From Bacillota bacterium (GTDB lineage Bacteria; Bacillota; Dehalobacteriia; UBA4068): 64,000 nt of DNA. The position numbers were made by a program, and so were the translations under genes. Positions within the stretch are counted from its first letter, which is position 1. Every line of letters starts with the position of its first letter. The stretch covers positions 15,277-79,276 of the forward strand of contig JAILCQ010000010.1 in NCBI GenBank assembly GCA_024679955.1, read 5' to 3'. Below are positions 50,894-59,657 of this stretch, piece after piece. The notes under the pieces were generated by a model. The model was not told the origin of the DNA and searched no databases. It saw only the letters and a list, made by a program, of their open reading frames with translations.

Positions 50894-51571
50894 TTGGGTA
50901 ATGATTTGGAAAGAGCAAAAGCGCTCTTCGCTTCGATCCCACCTGATTGGGAAAAAATACAAAACGTTCTCTCTACCTCCAAATTCTCAAAGGAAGAATT
51001 GGCGCGAATAGCAATTGATCTCACGGATAACTGCTTTTGCGAATACAGGGATGCAATGGATCCCGAAGTGGAAGATGTCACGATTGACACCATGCATAGC
51101 AGCTATTTAATCGATTCTCTGCAGATACTGCTTGATTATGGCCTTGACCCCAATACCGTTGTTGAAGATGAAAATGTGATGTGGGATACCCAATGGGTCG
51201 ATGCTCCGAATGTCGGCGCTGCTGCGCTTCGGCTTCTTTTAGAAAATGGTGGCAACCCAAACCATTGGATTCCTGCAGAGCGCGAAACGCTTTTTGATTA
51301 TGTTGCATTCGAGGTCTCATATGATCAATACTCACACGAGTGGATGCACACTGTACAATGCTGGTTGGTGTTGATGGCTTTCGGCGGCTGTTGGCACGAT
51401 GGGAATATCCCACTTACAATGTTAAGTGGCAATCAAGTTGATATTCTCAAATCGTTTGAAGACTACGACTACACAATTGAGCCACTACCGCAGGAGCCGG
51501 GTAAATACGGATGCTGGATAATGCATATCTTTCGCATAGAGACTCAAGAGGAAGTTGCATGCTATAAATGA
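50894..51571 (+). CDS. Hypothetical protein with two ankyrin-like repeats (TTG start)
   Basis: TTG 50894 six nt after AGGAGGG. Motifs LQILLDYGLDPNTV and LRLLLENGGNPNHW resemble ankyrin repeat ends. No other family recognised. Confidence 0.6.
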   Translation: MGNDLERAKALFASIPPDWEKIQNVLSTSKFSKEELARIAIDLTDNCFCEYRDAMDPEVEDVTIDTMHSSYLIDSLQILLDYGLDPNTVVEDENVMWDTQWVDAPNVGAAALRLLLENGGNPNHWIPAERETLFDYVAFEVSYDQYSHEWMHTVQCWLVLMAFGGCWHDGNIPLTMLSGNQVDILKSFEDYDYTIEPLPQEPGKYGCWIMHIFRIETQEEVACYK

Positions 51572-51941
51572 GAAGAAAGTCCCCTTATCGTTCACTTTTC
51601 CCCCCTTCTGCAAGTGAACCCTAAGAGGGGGCGGTGAGTCCCCTCGGAGGATTCTCTATCAAAACGCAGTGCCTTTTCCTTTTGCCGGACGATCCTTTGC
51701 TTTCGGGCGCTTCCGGCCATCGGCATTATGAGAACCGCCGCCGCGGCGTTCTTGCCGCTGCGGCGCTTTCGTATGTTCATGGTTTTCCCCAGCTTCTCCC
51801 GGACAAATCGTTTTCACAGAGGGGCGTGGTTCAATTTGAGGTCTGCACAAGGTTTTTATGTAGATTTTTCAGCGGCTGTGCAGTATAATGTGTTCATCTA
51901 CAAATGTGAGCGGTGAAGATATGCGCGTTGCGAAGGAAAAC

Positions 51942-52691
51942 ATGGAACACGGTTTTAGTACATTGGATATACTGGAAATCCGCTTTGATGAAAACTTTCC
52001 CAAAAGCGAATATTATGCAAACCTGCCTGCCGTGAAGCAGATCCTTGAAGAAGGCGGCATGGTCCTGACAAAGCCGATCACTTTTTTCATCGGAGAAAAC
52101 GGCGCCGGCAAATCGACAATTTTGGAAGCAATAGCTGTTGCGGCAGGTTTTAACCCAGAAGGCGGGACCAGAAACTATAGCTTTTCCACCGCCGACTCGC
52201 ATTCGACGCTTCATGAGCACACCCATCTGGCGCGGGGAATCGGACGTCATGCCGACGGCTATTTTTTCAGAGCGGAAAGCTTTTACAATGCGGCGTCCTA
52301 TTTGGACGCCTTGGACAGCGATGTGCTTTTGTCCTATGGCGGGAAATCCTTGCACCAACTATCCCATGGAGAGAGCTTTTTGGCTCTTGTGGAAAACCGT
52401 TTTTCCCCGGACGGCCTGTTTATTCTGGATGAGCCGGAAGCCGCAATTTCACCCATGCGCATGCTGCGCCTGATGGCCGATATCCACGACTTGGCAAAAC
52501 AGGGCGCGCAGTTTATCATCTCCACGCATTCGCCGGTTTTAATAACCCTGCCGGATGCGGATATCATCCAATTTACCGATCAAGGCTTCGAGCATGTCAA
52601 ATATCAGGATACGGAGCATTATCAGGTAATAAAAGGCTTTCTGGCCGACCCGGAACGGATGCTGCGCATTCTTTTGGGAGAGGAAGATTGA
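51942..52691 (+). CDS. Standalone AAA_21/ABC-type ATPase (about 249 aa)
   Basis: FFIGENGAGKSTILEAI Walker A, LSHGES signature-like, LFILDEPEAAISP Walker B, FIISTHSP H-loop. ATG 51942 chosen because ORF-track start 51888 sits inside a TATAAT at 51884-51889. Confidence 0.75.
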   Translation: MEHGFSTLDILEIRFDENFPKSEYYANLPAVKQILEEGGMVLTKPITFFIGENGAGKSTILEAIAVAAGFNPEGGTRNYSFSTADSHSTLHEHTHLARGIGRHADGYFFRAESFYNAASYLDALDSDVLLSYGGKSLHQLSHGESFLALVENRFSPDGLFILDEPEAAISPMRMLRLMADIHDLAKQGAQFIISTHSPVLITLPDADIIQFTDQGFEHVKYQDTEHYQVIKGFLADPERMLRILLGEED

Positions 52692-52696
52692 GAGGC

Positions 52697-52740
52697 TGCG
52701 CCTCCTCGTTTTTCTCTGCAAGCGCGGAGGCGCTTTTGAC
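52697..52740 (+). terminator. Intrinsic terminator after ATPase gene
   Basis: GCGCCTCC-loop-GGAGGCGC then TTTTG. A second hairpin/T-run lies at about 52808-52856. Confidence 0.7.
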
Positions 52741-53016
52741 CGTTCTTCTTTAACGGCAAAGAGCCGTTAAAGGCAAAAAGGCGTCGGAGCAAACGCCCGG
52801 CTTCCGCAAAAAAACGGCTATATCGGGGATGATGGCTCGATTTAGCCGTTTTTTGTACCGTCGGAAGACGTCACACAAACATGGTTTTCTGAAACAGCCC
52901 CGGCGCGTCTCCTTTCGCGGGCCTGTCTCGCTTGGCCCTATAAGATTTTAGCGACAAGGCCGGGGGCTTGTGGCATTGCCGGCGCATGGTAAAACCGTAG
53001 GGGGAATCGGGATGCT

Positions 53017-53250
53017 TTACTTCTTTGTCATCTTATGGACGATCCATTTGATCAGCAGTATCCCTCCCGCAATGGCAGCGACCTTCAACAGAGAAACCAA
53101 AAGCGTTGTGACAATAAGCGGAACGATCTGTTCTTTGGGCATGGTCGTGTAAATGGCTATGATATCTTTTTTGGCCCACATATATACGATATAGGCAATG
53201 GCGATACTTCCGACAATAATTCTCCACGGCTCTCTTTTTGAGTTTTTCAT
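53017..53250 (-). CDS. Small (77 aa) two-helix membrane protein, hypothetical
   Basis: RBS GAGGAT, Lys-rich termini, two hydrophobic helices. AT-rich coding sequence. Confidence 0.5.
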   Translation of the reverse strand: MKNSKREPWRIIVGSIAIAYIVYMWAKKDIIAIYTTMPKEQIVPLIVTTLLVSLLKVAAIAGGILLIKWIVHKMTKK

Positions 53251-53513
53251 CTCTTATCCTCGCTAAATCCCTTGCTTTTCAACTGTCCGCTGTGAAAATC
53301 GGAAACGGTTGGCATATCTACTTACCGATTCCTAGGCTGCCCATCGCCGCGCCCCGTCTGAACGGGTTTCCGATATTATACAACAAATACCTGCTCGTTT
53401 CACCCCTCAAATCCGGAGTTGTCAACGGATTTTCCCAGTGTCATGAAAACGCCCGCGCACCCTAGGAAAAGGGGGGCTTGCCCAGCAGATACCGATAAAT
53501 CCATCCGATAAAA

Positions 53514-53542
53514 TTGACAGCGCAGCGGACGAGGAATATAAT
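53514..53542 (+). promoter_or_regulatory. Consensus sigma-A promoter (TTGACA-17-TATAAT) for buk
   Basis: TTGACA 53514-53519, 17-nt spacer, TATAAT 53537-53542. Confidence 0.7.
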
Positions 53543-53599
53543 GTTATATATTCGGCTATATTTTATGATCCAGATCAATCTTTTCGGAGGAATTCCGCT

Positions 53600-54718
53600 A
53601 TGCCTGAAAATAAAAACTTTACCCTGTTGGTTATCAATCCCGGCTCCACCTCCACCAAGGTGAGCGTCTATGACAACGAAGTTTCCCGCTTTGAGCGGAG
53701 CGTCAAACACGAGGCCCAGGAGCTGCTGCAGTTCCCGCATGTGAACGATCAGGTGCCCATGCGTTGCCGGGTGATCGAGGAGATGCTGGCCAAAGAAGGC
53801 GTGTCCCTTGCCGATATCGATGTGTTCATCGGCCGCGGCGGCAGCGCCCACACCCAGCCCGGCGGCGTCACCGTGATCGATCAGCGCCTGTATGACGACA
53901 CCGTGGCCGGCGTCGGCGGCAGCGAGCATGCCGCCAAGCTGGGCGTGATGATCGCCTGGGTGTTCATGAACCAATATCACAAGCCCGGCTATACACTGAA
54001 CCCCACCAATGTGGACGAATACTGCGACTACGCCCGCCTGACGGGCATCAAGGGGCTGTACCGCACGCCCCATTCCCATGTGCTGAACCCCAAGGCCGTT
54101 GCGGAGCATCATGCCCAGGTGCTGGGCAGGCAATATGAGGATTGCAGTTTTGTCGTCGCCCATATCGACGGCGGCGTGACGCTGACCGCCCATAAGAACG
54201 GGCGCATCATCGACGGCACTTTGGGCGCGGACGGCGACGGCCCCTTTGCGCCCACGCGTATCGGCGCTACGCCTGTGCTGGCGCTGCTGGACTACCTGGA
54301 GACCCACAGTCTGGACGAGGTGCGGGTGGCCTGCTCCCGCGGGGGCGGATTTGTCAGCCTGTTCGGCACTTCCAATTCGGATACGGTCCACGCCCTGGTG
54401 GAAAAAGGCGACCCCAAGGCCGTGTTGGTGTGGAACACCATGATTTATCAGATCTGCAAATGCGTGGGCGCGCTCAGCTGCGTGCTGGAGGGCAAAGTGG
54501 ACGCCATCCTGCTCACCGGCGGCCTGATGCGCTTTGACGACATCACCGAAGGCATACGCAAACGCTGCGGCTGGATCGCGCCCATCGTCGTTTATCCCGG
54601 CGAGATGGAACAGGACGCCATGGCGCTGCCCGTGATGAAGGTGCTGCGCGGCCAACGACAGGCCATGATCTACAGCGGCCAAGACGTCTGGCAGGGCTTC
54701 GGCGATATGGATCTTTAG
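53600..54718 (+). CDS. buk: Butyrate (short/branched-chain fatty acid) kinase, ASKHA family
   Basis: LVINPGSTSTK N-terminus and acetate/butyrate kinase blocks. No ptb adjacent. Confidence 0.85.
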   Translation: MPENKNFTLLVINPGSTSTKVSVYDNEVSRFERSVKHEAQELLQFPHVNDQVPMRCRVIEEMLAKEGVSLADIDVFIGRGGSAHTQPGGVTVIDQRLYDDTVAGVGGSEHAAKLGVMIAWVFMNQYHKPGYTLNPTNVDEYCDYARLTGIKGLYRTPHSHVLNPKAVAEHHAQVLGRQYEDCSFVVAHIDGGVTLTAHKNGRIIDGTLGADGDGPFAPTRIGATPVLALLDYLETHSLDEVRVACSRGGGFVSLFGTSNSDTVHALVEKGDPKAVLVWNTMIYQICKCVGALSCVLEGKVDAILLTGGLMRFDDITEGIRKRCGWIAPIVVYPGEMEQDAMALPVMKVLRGQRQAMIYSGQDVWQGFGDMDL

Positions 54719-54907
54719 TGTAAAGGCAGAGAAAAAGGCTATACAACCTGCAAAACAGGCGCGTGAACCCCACGGCCGCTTTTGGAAGGCCCGGCAACGC
54801 CGGCCAAAGGTCAGGTGTTGCAGGGATTTTTCGGAAAAACAGGTTGGAACTTGCTATAAAATAGGAGGTCAGTCCATGGGCTGGCCTCTTTTCCGCAAGA
54901 GAGGAAA

Positions 54908-55018
54908 ATGGAAATACCGTTTCAAATCATCCGCAACGACATCACAAAGGTCAAGGCAGACTCTATTGTCAATACGGCGAACCCAAAGCCTTGCTTTCCT
55001 GGAGGAGACGGATTTTGA
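54908..55018 (+). pseudogene. Remnant of a macro-domain (O-acetyl-ADP-ribose deacetylase-like) gene
   Basis: Encodes MEIPFQIIRNDITKVKADSIVNTANPKPCFPGGDGF-stop. This matches a macro-domain N-terminus (…IVNAAN…GGGVDGAI…) and breaks off after 36 codons. Strong RBS AGGAGG at 54862 upstream. Confidence 0.4.
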
Positions 55019-55100
55019 GGATGTGATCCGCATGGCGGTATCCTTGGGCGGCAATCCAATCCCACCGCAGGGAGCCGGCAAGCAAAGGAGGAAAGAAAAA

Positions 55101-55766
55101 ATGAGTAGTATGAGAACGATACGCGTAATCGGCAAGGGACAAATCAAGGTGAAACCGGATATGACCAGGATCACCCTGTCGCTGGAGGGAATATATCCCG
55201 AGTACGGAGAGGCCCTCCGCAGTTCCGCAGAGGATACGGAGCGTTTGAGGGATCTGCTGACCGGCTTCGGCTTTGCCCGTACCGATCTGAAAACGCTGAA
55301 CTTCAGCGTGGATACGGAATATGAGAGCTATCAGGAAAGGGGCGTATACAAGCAGCGCTTTCTCGGTTACAAATTCCAGCACAGGATGAAGGTGGAGTTT
55401 CTCTCCGACAACGACCGTCTGGGCAAGATACTCTATGCCCTGGCCAACAGTCCGGTAAAGCCGGAGTTCCGTCTCAGCTATACAGTGAAAGAGCCGGAAG
55501 CGGCAAAAAACCGGCTGCTGGGCAAAGCCGTGGCGGACGCCAGGGAAAAAGCCGCCGCCTTGACTCAGGCGGCAGGCGTGCTCCTCAAGGATATCCAGAG
55601 CATCGATTATTCCTGGGGCCAGATCCATTTCGAGGTGCAGCCAATGAACCGGATGCTCCTGTCAGAAGAATGCTGCAAAGCCCAGGCCGGCAGCTACGAC
55701 ATGGATATCGAACCGGAGGATATCGAGGTTTCCGATACGGTGACGGTAGTCTGGGAAATCGGCTGA
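55101..55766 (+). CDS. SIMPL-domain (DUF541, YggE/BP26-like) protein
   Basis: ATG 55101 behind AAAGGAGGAAAG. Sequence TIRVIGKGQIKVKPDMTRITLSLEG… is typical of the SIMPL family. Confidence 0.75.
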   Translation: MSSMRTIRVIGKGQIKVKPDMTRITLSLEGIYPEYGEALRSSAEDTERLRDLLTGFGFARTDLKTLNFSVDTEYESYQERGVYKQRFLGYKFQHRMKVEFLSDNDRLGKILYALANSPVKPEFRLSYTVKEPEAAKNRLLGKAVADAREKAAALTQAAGVLLKDIQSIDYSWGQIHFEVQPMNRMLLSEECCKAQAGSYDMDIEPEDIEVSDTVTVVWEIG

Positions 55767-55821
55767 CCGCGCCTGATAACGATCCCCGGCTTATCCCGGC
55801 AACGATCCCGATCTTATAAGC

Positions 55822-55880
55822 GGCAAGGGCTTTTCCAAAACCGCCGGAGAAACCGGCGATACGGTGGAAGCCCTTGCTTT
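55822..55880 (+). terminator. Intrinsic terminator after SIMPL gene
   Basis: GCAAGGGCTT-long loop-AAGCCCTTGC then TTTTT. Confidence 0.7.
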
Positions 55881-56024
55881 TTGGCCTTTTCCGGCGCTTA
55901 TCATACTGGAAAAGGCTTTTTTATCTCTGCGCCGTTTTCCCCGCCCTCTCCGCTGACCGCTTTCCCCGTCCGGGATGAGAGCTGCGTCTCGAGGAAAATT
56001 TTTTTGCCGCCGGGAAGGACATTC

Positions 56025-56051
56025 ACCGCTTTTTTGCCGCCGCATACTATA
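56025..56051 (+). promoter_or_regulatory. Sporulation-type promoter with CATACTATA -10 (sigma-E/sigma-K class) in front of sigK
   Basis: CATACTATA at 56043-56051 fits the sigma-K CATAnnnTA and sigma-E CATACAnT consensus. AC dinucleotide about 17 nt upstream. Confidence 0.45.
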
Positions 56052-56071
56052 TAGCAATTCGCAAAGCGGGG

Positions 56072-56770
56072 GTGAAGCGTACGATTATTTTAGTAAACGG
56101 CCGGCCTTTGGTTGCGGCGGCGTTGATCGCCTATTTATATAACAGCGTGTTTCCGCCTTTGCTCTCCGAAGAGGAGGAGGCGGATTGTATCCGCCGCTGG
56201 CAGCAGGGGGATATGGAGGCCCGCAATACCTTGGTGGAACGGAATTTGCGCCTGGTGGCGCATATCTGCAAAAAATTTGAAAGCGATAACATCGATAAGG
56301 ACGATTTGATCTCTATTGGCACCATTGGCCTGATCAAGGCCATCAATACGTTTTCCCCGGAAAAAAAGGTAAAGCTGGCCACCTACAGCGCCCGCTGCAT
56401 CGAAAACGAGGTGCTGATGCATTTTCGCGCCAGCCGCAATCAGAAAAGAGAGGTGTCCCTGTACGACCCCATGGGCCATGACAAAGAGGGGAACGAGGTC
56501 TCCCTGATCGACATTTTAGGCAGCCGGGGCGAAACGGTGCAGGATAAAATGGAGCAGGAAGAGGAAAAACAATTGTTGCAAAGCAAATTGCCGATTTTGG
56601 AAGAAAAAGAAAGAACGGTGCTGTGCTTTCGCTACGGCCTCAGCGGCTTCCCCCGCAAAACCCAAAGGGAAATCGCCAGGCAGCTGGGAATTTCCCGCTC
56701 CTATGTCAGCCGCATAGAAAAAAAGGCGGTGGATAAATTGCGGCAGGCTTTCCGGGAAAGCCAGGGCTGA
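56072..56770 (+). CDS. sigK: RNA polymerase sporulation sigma factor K (pro-sigma-K, uninterrupted)
   Basis: Pro-sequence YLYNSVFPPLLSEEEE parallels B. subtilis YVKNNAFPQPLSSSEE. Then NLRLVAHI…DLISIGTIGLIKA…ATYSARCIENE…REIARQLGISRSYVSRIEK. GTG start. No skin-type intervening element. Confidence 0.88.
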   Translation: MKRTIILVNGRPLVAAALIAYLYNSVFPPLLSEEEEADCIRRWQQGDMEARNTLVERNLRLVAHICKKFESDNIDKDDLISIGTIGLIKAINTFSPEKKVKLATYSARCIENEVLMHFRASRNQKREVSLYDPMGHDKEGNEVSLIDILGSRGETVQDKMEQEEEKQLLQSKLPILEEKERTVLCFRYGLSGFPRKTQREIARQLGISRSYVSRIEKKAVDKLRQAFRESQG

Positions 56771-56949
56771 AACGGCGGTTTTCCCCGCCGCCAAGCTGCG
56801 AATGGGAAGGCGTTTCCCGCCGGGGCCGGTTTTTGCCGTCATATTTGCGGAGGTTGGCGCGCCAGGCAGGAAACGCCGTCCCTATGTGGAAATAGCAAAC
56901 GTTTGCATTTTTTATCGCCGGCCCCGGCGTCGGAAAGGAAGCGGTATCC

Positions 56950-57942
56950 ATGGAAAAACTGGTGGAAATCACTCGAGGCGTTTTAAGCGAAAAGACCATC
57001 CGCGGCTCCATCGTGGTTTTGGACGAGCAGGGGGAAATAGAGCGGGACCTGGGAGACGTGCATTTTCTTACCTATATGCGTTCCGCGGCCAAACCTTTGC
57101 AGGCCACGCCGGCGGTGGAAAGCGGCGCCGTCGACGCTTTCGGCATAGATGGCCGGGAGCTGGCGGTCATGTGCGGTTCCCATATTGGCGAGGAAGAGCA
57201 TGTGGCGGCCGTTTTGTCCATTTTGCGCAAATTGGGCCTGAAAGAAGAGGATCTGACCCTGGGGGCGGATCTGTCTCTTTCCCGCGCCCTGCGGGAGCAG
57301 CGCCTGGCCGAAGGCATAGCGTCGCGCAAGGCGTTTAACAATTGCTCCGGCAAGCATGCCTGCATGCTGGCCCTGTGCCGTTTTTATGGCTGGCCCACCG
57401 CCGCCTATCAAGCGCCGCAGCATCCGGTGCAGCAATTGATCCTGTCGGTGGTGGCGGAATATGCCCAATTGCCCAAAGAGGATATCATCGTCGGCGTGGA
57501 CGGCTGCGGCGTGCCGGTATTCGGTATGCCCCTGTCCCATATGGCCAAAGCTTATTATCGTCTGGCCCATCCGCAAACTTTGCCGGAGCGCCGCGGACAG
57601 GCTGCCGCGCGCATCACCCGCGCCATGGGCGCGTATCCCACCATGGTGGCAGGCAGGGGACGGTTTTGCAGTGAATTGATGCGGGTCACCCAAGGGCGCA
57701 TCATCGGCAAGCTGGGCGCCGACGGCATATATTGCAGCGCCGTACTGAACGGCCCGGCCCTGGCCCTCAAGGTGGAGGACGGCAATATGGAGGTGCTGCC
57801 TTTGATCATGGTGACCGCTTTGCGCCAGTTGGGCTGGCTGAAAGCGGAAGAGGCGGCGGCCTTGGCCCATTTTGCCGCCATGGATAATATCAATTGTCAG
57901 AACGAAAAAGTAGGGGAAGCCAAAGCGGTGTTTTCCTTGTAA
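56950..57942 (+). CDS. Asparaginase family protein (asparaginase II, PF06089-like)
   Basis: 330 aa, sequence pattern (…CSGKHACMLAL…GVDGCGVP…) recalls the asparaginase II family. Confidence 0.65.
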   Translation: MEKLVEITRGVLSEKTIRGSIVVLDEQGEIERDLGDVHFLTYMRSAAKPLQATPAVESGAVDAFGIDGRELAVMCGSHIGEEEHVAAVLSILRKLGLKEEDLTLGADLSLSRALREQRLAEGIASRKAFNNCSGKHACMLALCRFYGWPTAAYQAPQHPVQQLILSVVAEYAQLPKEDIIVGVDGCGVPVFGMPLSHMAKAYYRLAHPQTLPERRGQAAARITRAMGAYPTMVAGRGRFCSELMRVTQGRIIGKLGADGIYCSAVLNGPALALKVEDGNMEVLPLIMVTALRQLGWLKAEEAAALAHFAAMDNINCQNEKVGEAKAVFSL

Positions 57943-57963
57943 AACAAAGGTGTGGAGGCGGCT

Positions 57964-58443
57964 ATGCTGAAACCGGATTTGCTCTGCGAGTCCGTGCAGG
58001 ATATTCCTTTTGCCGACTTGTGGCGGCAAGGCTATCGCGGTTTGATTTTTGATTTGGACAATACCCTGGTGCCCTGGCATCAGTATGGGGAAAATCCGGC
58101 CCTGGGCCTGTGGATGCGGGACTTGTGCAGCCGGGGTTTTCGCGTTTGTCTTTTGTCCAACAGCGCCTATGAAAAGGTGGCGCCGGTAGGCCGCTGGCTG
58201 GGCATACCGGTGGTTTGCGGCGGCAAGAAACCGCTGAAGACCGGCTACCGCCGGGCCCTGGCTTTGCTGGAGGTGCCGGCGCAGCATTGTGTGATGATTG
58301 GCGATCAATTGCTCACCGACGTTTTCGGGGCGAAACGGTCGGGCATCTATACCGTGCTGACCCCCCGGCTGAGCCCCCGCGAGCAATGGGGCACCCGGCA
58401 TTTGTCCCGCCCGCTGGAACGGTGGATCAAAAAAAGCTGGTAA
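57964..58443 (+). CDS. yqeG: YqeG-family HAD-IIIA phosphatase
   Basis: LIFDLDNTLVPW motif I and GDQLLTDV motif III. ATG 57964 behind GGTGTGGAGG. Confidence 0.82.
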   Translation: MLKPDLLCESVQDIPFADLWRQGYRGLIFDLDNTLVPWHQYGENPALGLWMRDLCSRGFRVCLLSNSAYEKVAPVGRWLGIPVVCGGKKPLKTGYRRALALLEVPAQHCVMIGDQLLTDVFGAKRSGIYTVLTPRLSPREQWGTRHLSRPLERWIKKSW

Positions 58444-58454
58444 ATATGGCATGA

Positions 58455-58555
58455 AAAACCGCCGCCCCTTTCGGGCGGCGGCATAGCGGCGGCAAAACCG
58501 GCAAAGGCCCGGCTTTTGCCTCAGACGGCGTGATTCGGCTCACGCCGTTTTTTTG
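58455..58555. terminator. Cluster of hairpin terminators between convergent genes
   Basis: CCGCCGCCCC-TTTC-GGGCGGCGG at 58455-58482. GACGGCGTGA-TTCGGC-TCACGCCG + TTTTTTTG at 58524-58555. A further AGCAAAGCCC…GGGCTTTGCT hairpin at about 58608-58640 serves the minus-strand HTH gene. Confidence 0.75.
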
Positions 58556-58650
58556 TATAAAGAAAACCACGCGCTAGTCGCGTGGCGCCAAAATTATCAA
58601 AACAGCAAAGCCCGGATGCCAAAAGCAAGGGCTTTGCTGTTCTCGTCTAA

Positions 58651-58875
58651 CTATTTTTCAGCTGGGATGAACTCCAAAAGCTCGCCGATCTCGCAATCCA
58701 GAACCGAACACAGCCTTGCCAATACGTCAATATCCAGGCGGGTGATGGTATTGTTGCAGTAGTTGTTTAGCTGCGTTCTCTGCATTTCCGCCCTTTGGCT
58801 CAACTTATTCTTGCTGATGCCCCGCACCTTGATCAGCTCATCCAGATGAATTTTTATGACGCCGTATCTATCCAT
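58651..58875 (-). CDS. XRE/Cro-type helix-turn-helix transcriptional regulator (74 aa)
   Basis: IKVRGISKNKLSQRAEMQRTQLNNYCNN…DVLARLC matches the HTH_XRE pattern. Confidence 0.75.
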   Translation of the reverse strand: MDRYGVIKIHLDELIKVRGISKNKLSQRAEMQRTQLNNYCNNTITRLDIDVLARLCSVLDCEIGELLEFIPAEK

Positions 58876-58998
58876 AGCCCAACCGCCCTTATTTGAAACC
58901 CCTTCTCTAGTATTGACATCCCCAGTATAGCTTTGATAGATTTAAATTATAAGCTGTAAGAAGTCTTGTGCTACTAACAGCACATAGGGGGTGGAATA

Positions 58999-59433
58999 AT
59001 GTTGACCGTGACTTTTTGCGGACATGCGGATTATTCCGGGGAAAAGGCCGTGCGGGAATGGCTGGCAACCACTGTGGATGCTCTGATTACAAGAGGCGCC
59101 GGGCAATTCCTGCTGGGCGGCTACGGCGGTTTTGACCGGGAGGCGGCCGCCGTTGTATGGGAAGCGAAGGAGCGGCATCCCCATATTGCCTCGACCCTTG
59201 TTCTGCCATATCTGGACAGAACCGTTTTTGCCTGCCAATACGACGGAACAACCTACCCGCCTCTGGAAAGCGTTCCCCGCCGTTTTGCGATTTCCAAACG
59301 AAACGAATGGATGGTGCAGGCGGCGGATATCGTCGTGGCCTATGTCTTGCACGGATGGGGCGGTGCCGCGGCGATGCTGCGCTGCGCCCTGCGAAAGAAA
59401 AAAGAAGTGATACGCTACGTCCTCCCGCGCTGA
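58999..59433 (+). CDS. LOG/SLOG-superfamily Rossmann-like protein (DUF1273/YpsA-like), hypothetical
   Basis: TVTFCGHADYSG…LLGGYGGFDREAA…ADIVVAYVLHGWGG follows the LOG-family CG…GG..G… nucleotide-binding pattern. Promoter-like TTGACA-17-ATAGAT at about 58910-58938. Confidence 0.5.
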   Translation: MLTVTFCGHADYSGEKAVREWLATTVDALITRGAGQFLLGGYGGFDREAAAVVWEAKERHPHIASTLVLPYLDRTVFACQYDGTTYPPLESVPRRFAISKRNEWMVQAADIVVAYVLHGWGGAAAMLRCALRKKKEVIRYVLPR

Positions 59434-59657
59434 AAGAACGCAAAAATGTGATGGAAAGCAACACGCCCTAATATCGTGCTGCCCAAGCGGAAACGGCGGC
59501 CATTCCCATGCGGTTTTGGGAAAATGAGAAGACTAAAACATCCGTATACAACAAAAAGCGGGGTTTTCCAGCCTCGCTTTTTATCGTATACGAACAATGC
59601 AATGCCTATCTGTATTTTTCTCGGAGGCTTGGCCCAGGGGCAGAAGCCGCGGTTTTG

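Larger units (their letters stand above)
50806..53500. mobile_element. Candidate horizontally acquired islet at the tmRNA 3' end (AT-richer, three accessory ORFs; no integrase or obvious att repeat seen)
   Basis: The tmRNA 3' end is a classical integration hotspot. The segment is visibly AT-richer than its flanks. Contents: ankyrin-like protein, standalone AAA_21-type ATPase, tiny membrane protein. Ends before the strong buk promoter. Confidence 0.4.

Noticed and set aside
51888-51941. ATG 51888 as start of the AAA ATPase
   Set aside because: It is embedded in a TATAAT -10 hexamer (51884-51889). The in-frame ATG 51942 has an AAGGA RBS.
54876-55766. Single 296-aa ORF spanning macro fragment and SIMPL gene
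   Set aside because: The 5' 225 nt of that frame give no coherent domain. A separate in-frame-shifted macro-domain N-terminus and a strong internal RBS + ATG at 55101 argue for a SIMPL gene starting at 55101 plus an upstream gene remnant.
56072-56770. skin-like intervening element in sigK
   Set aside because: The gene is colinear with full-length pro-sigma-K, with no insertion.
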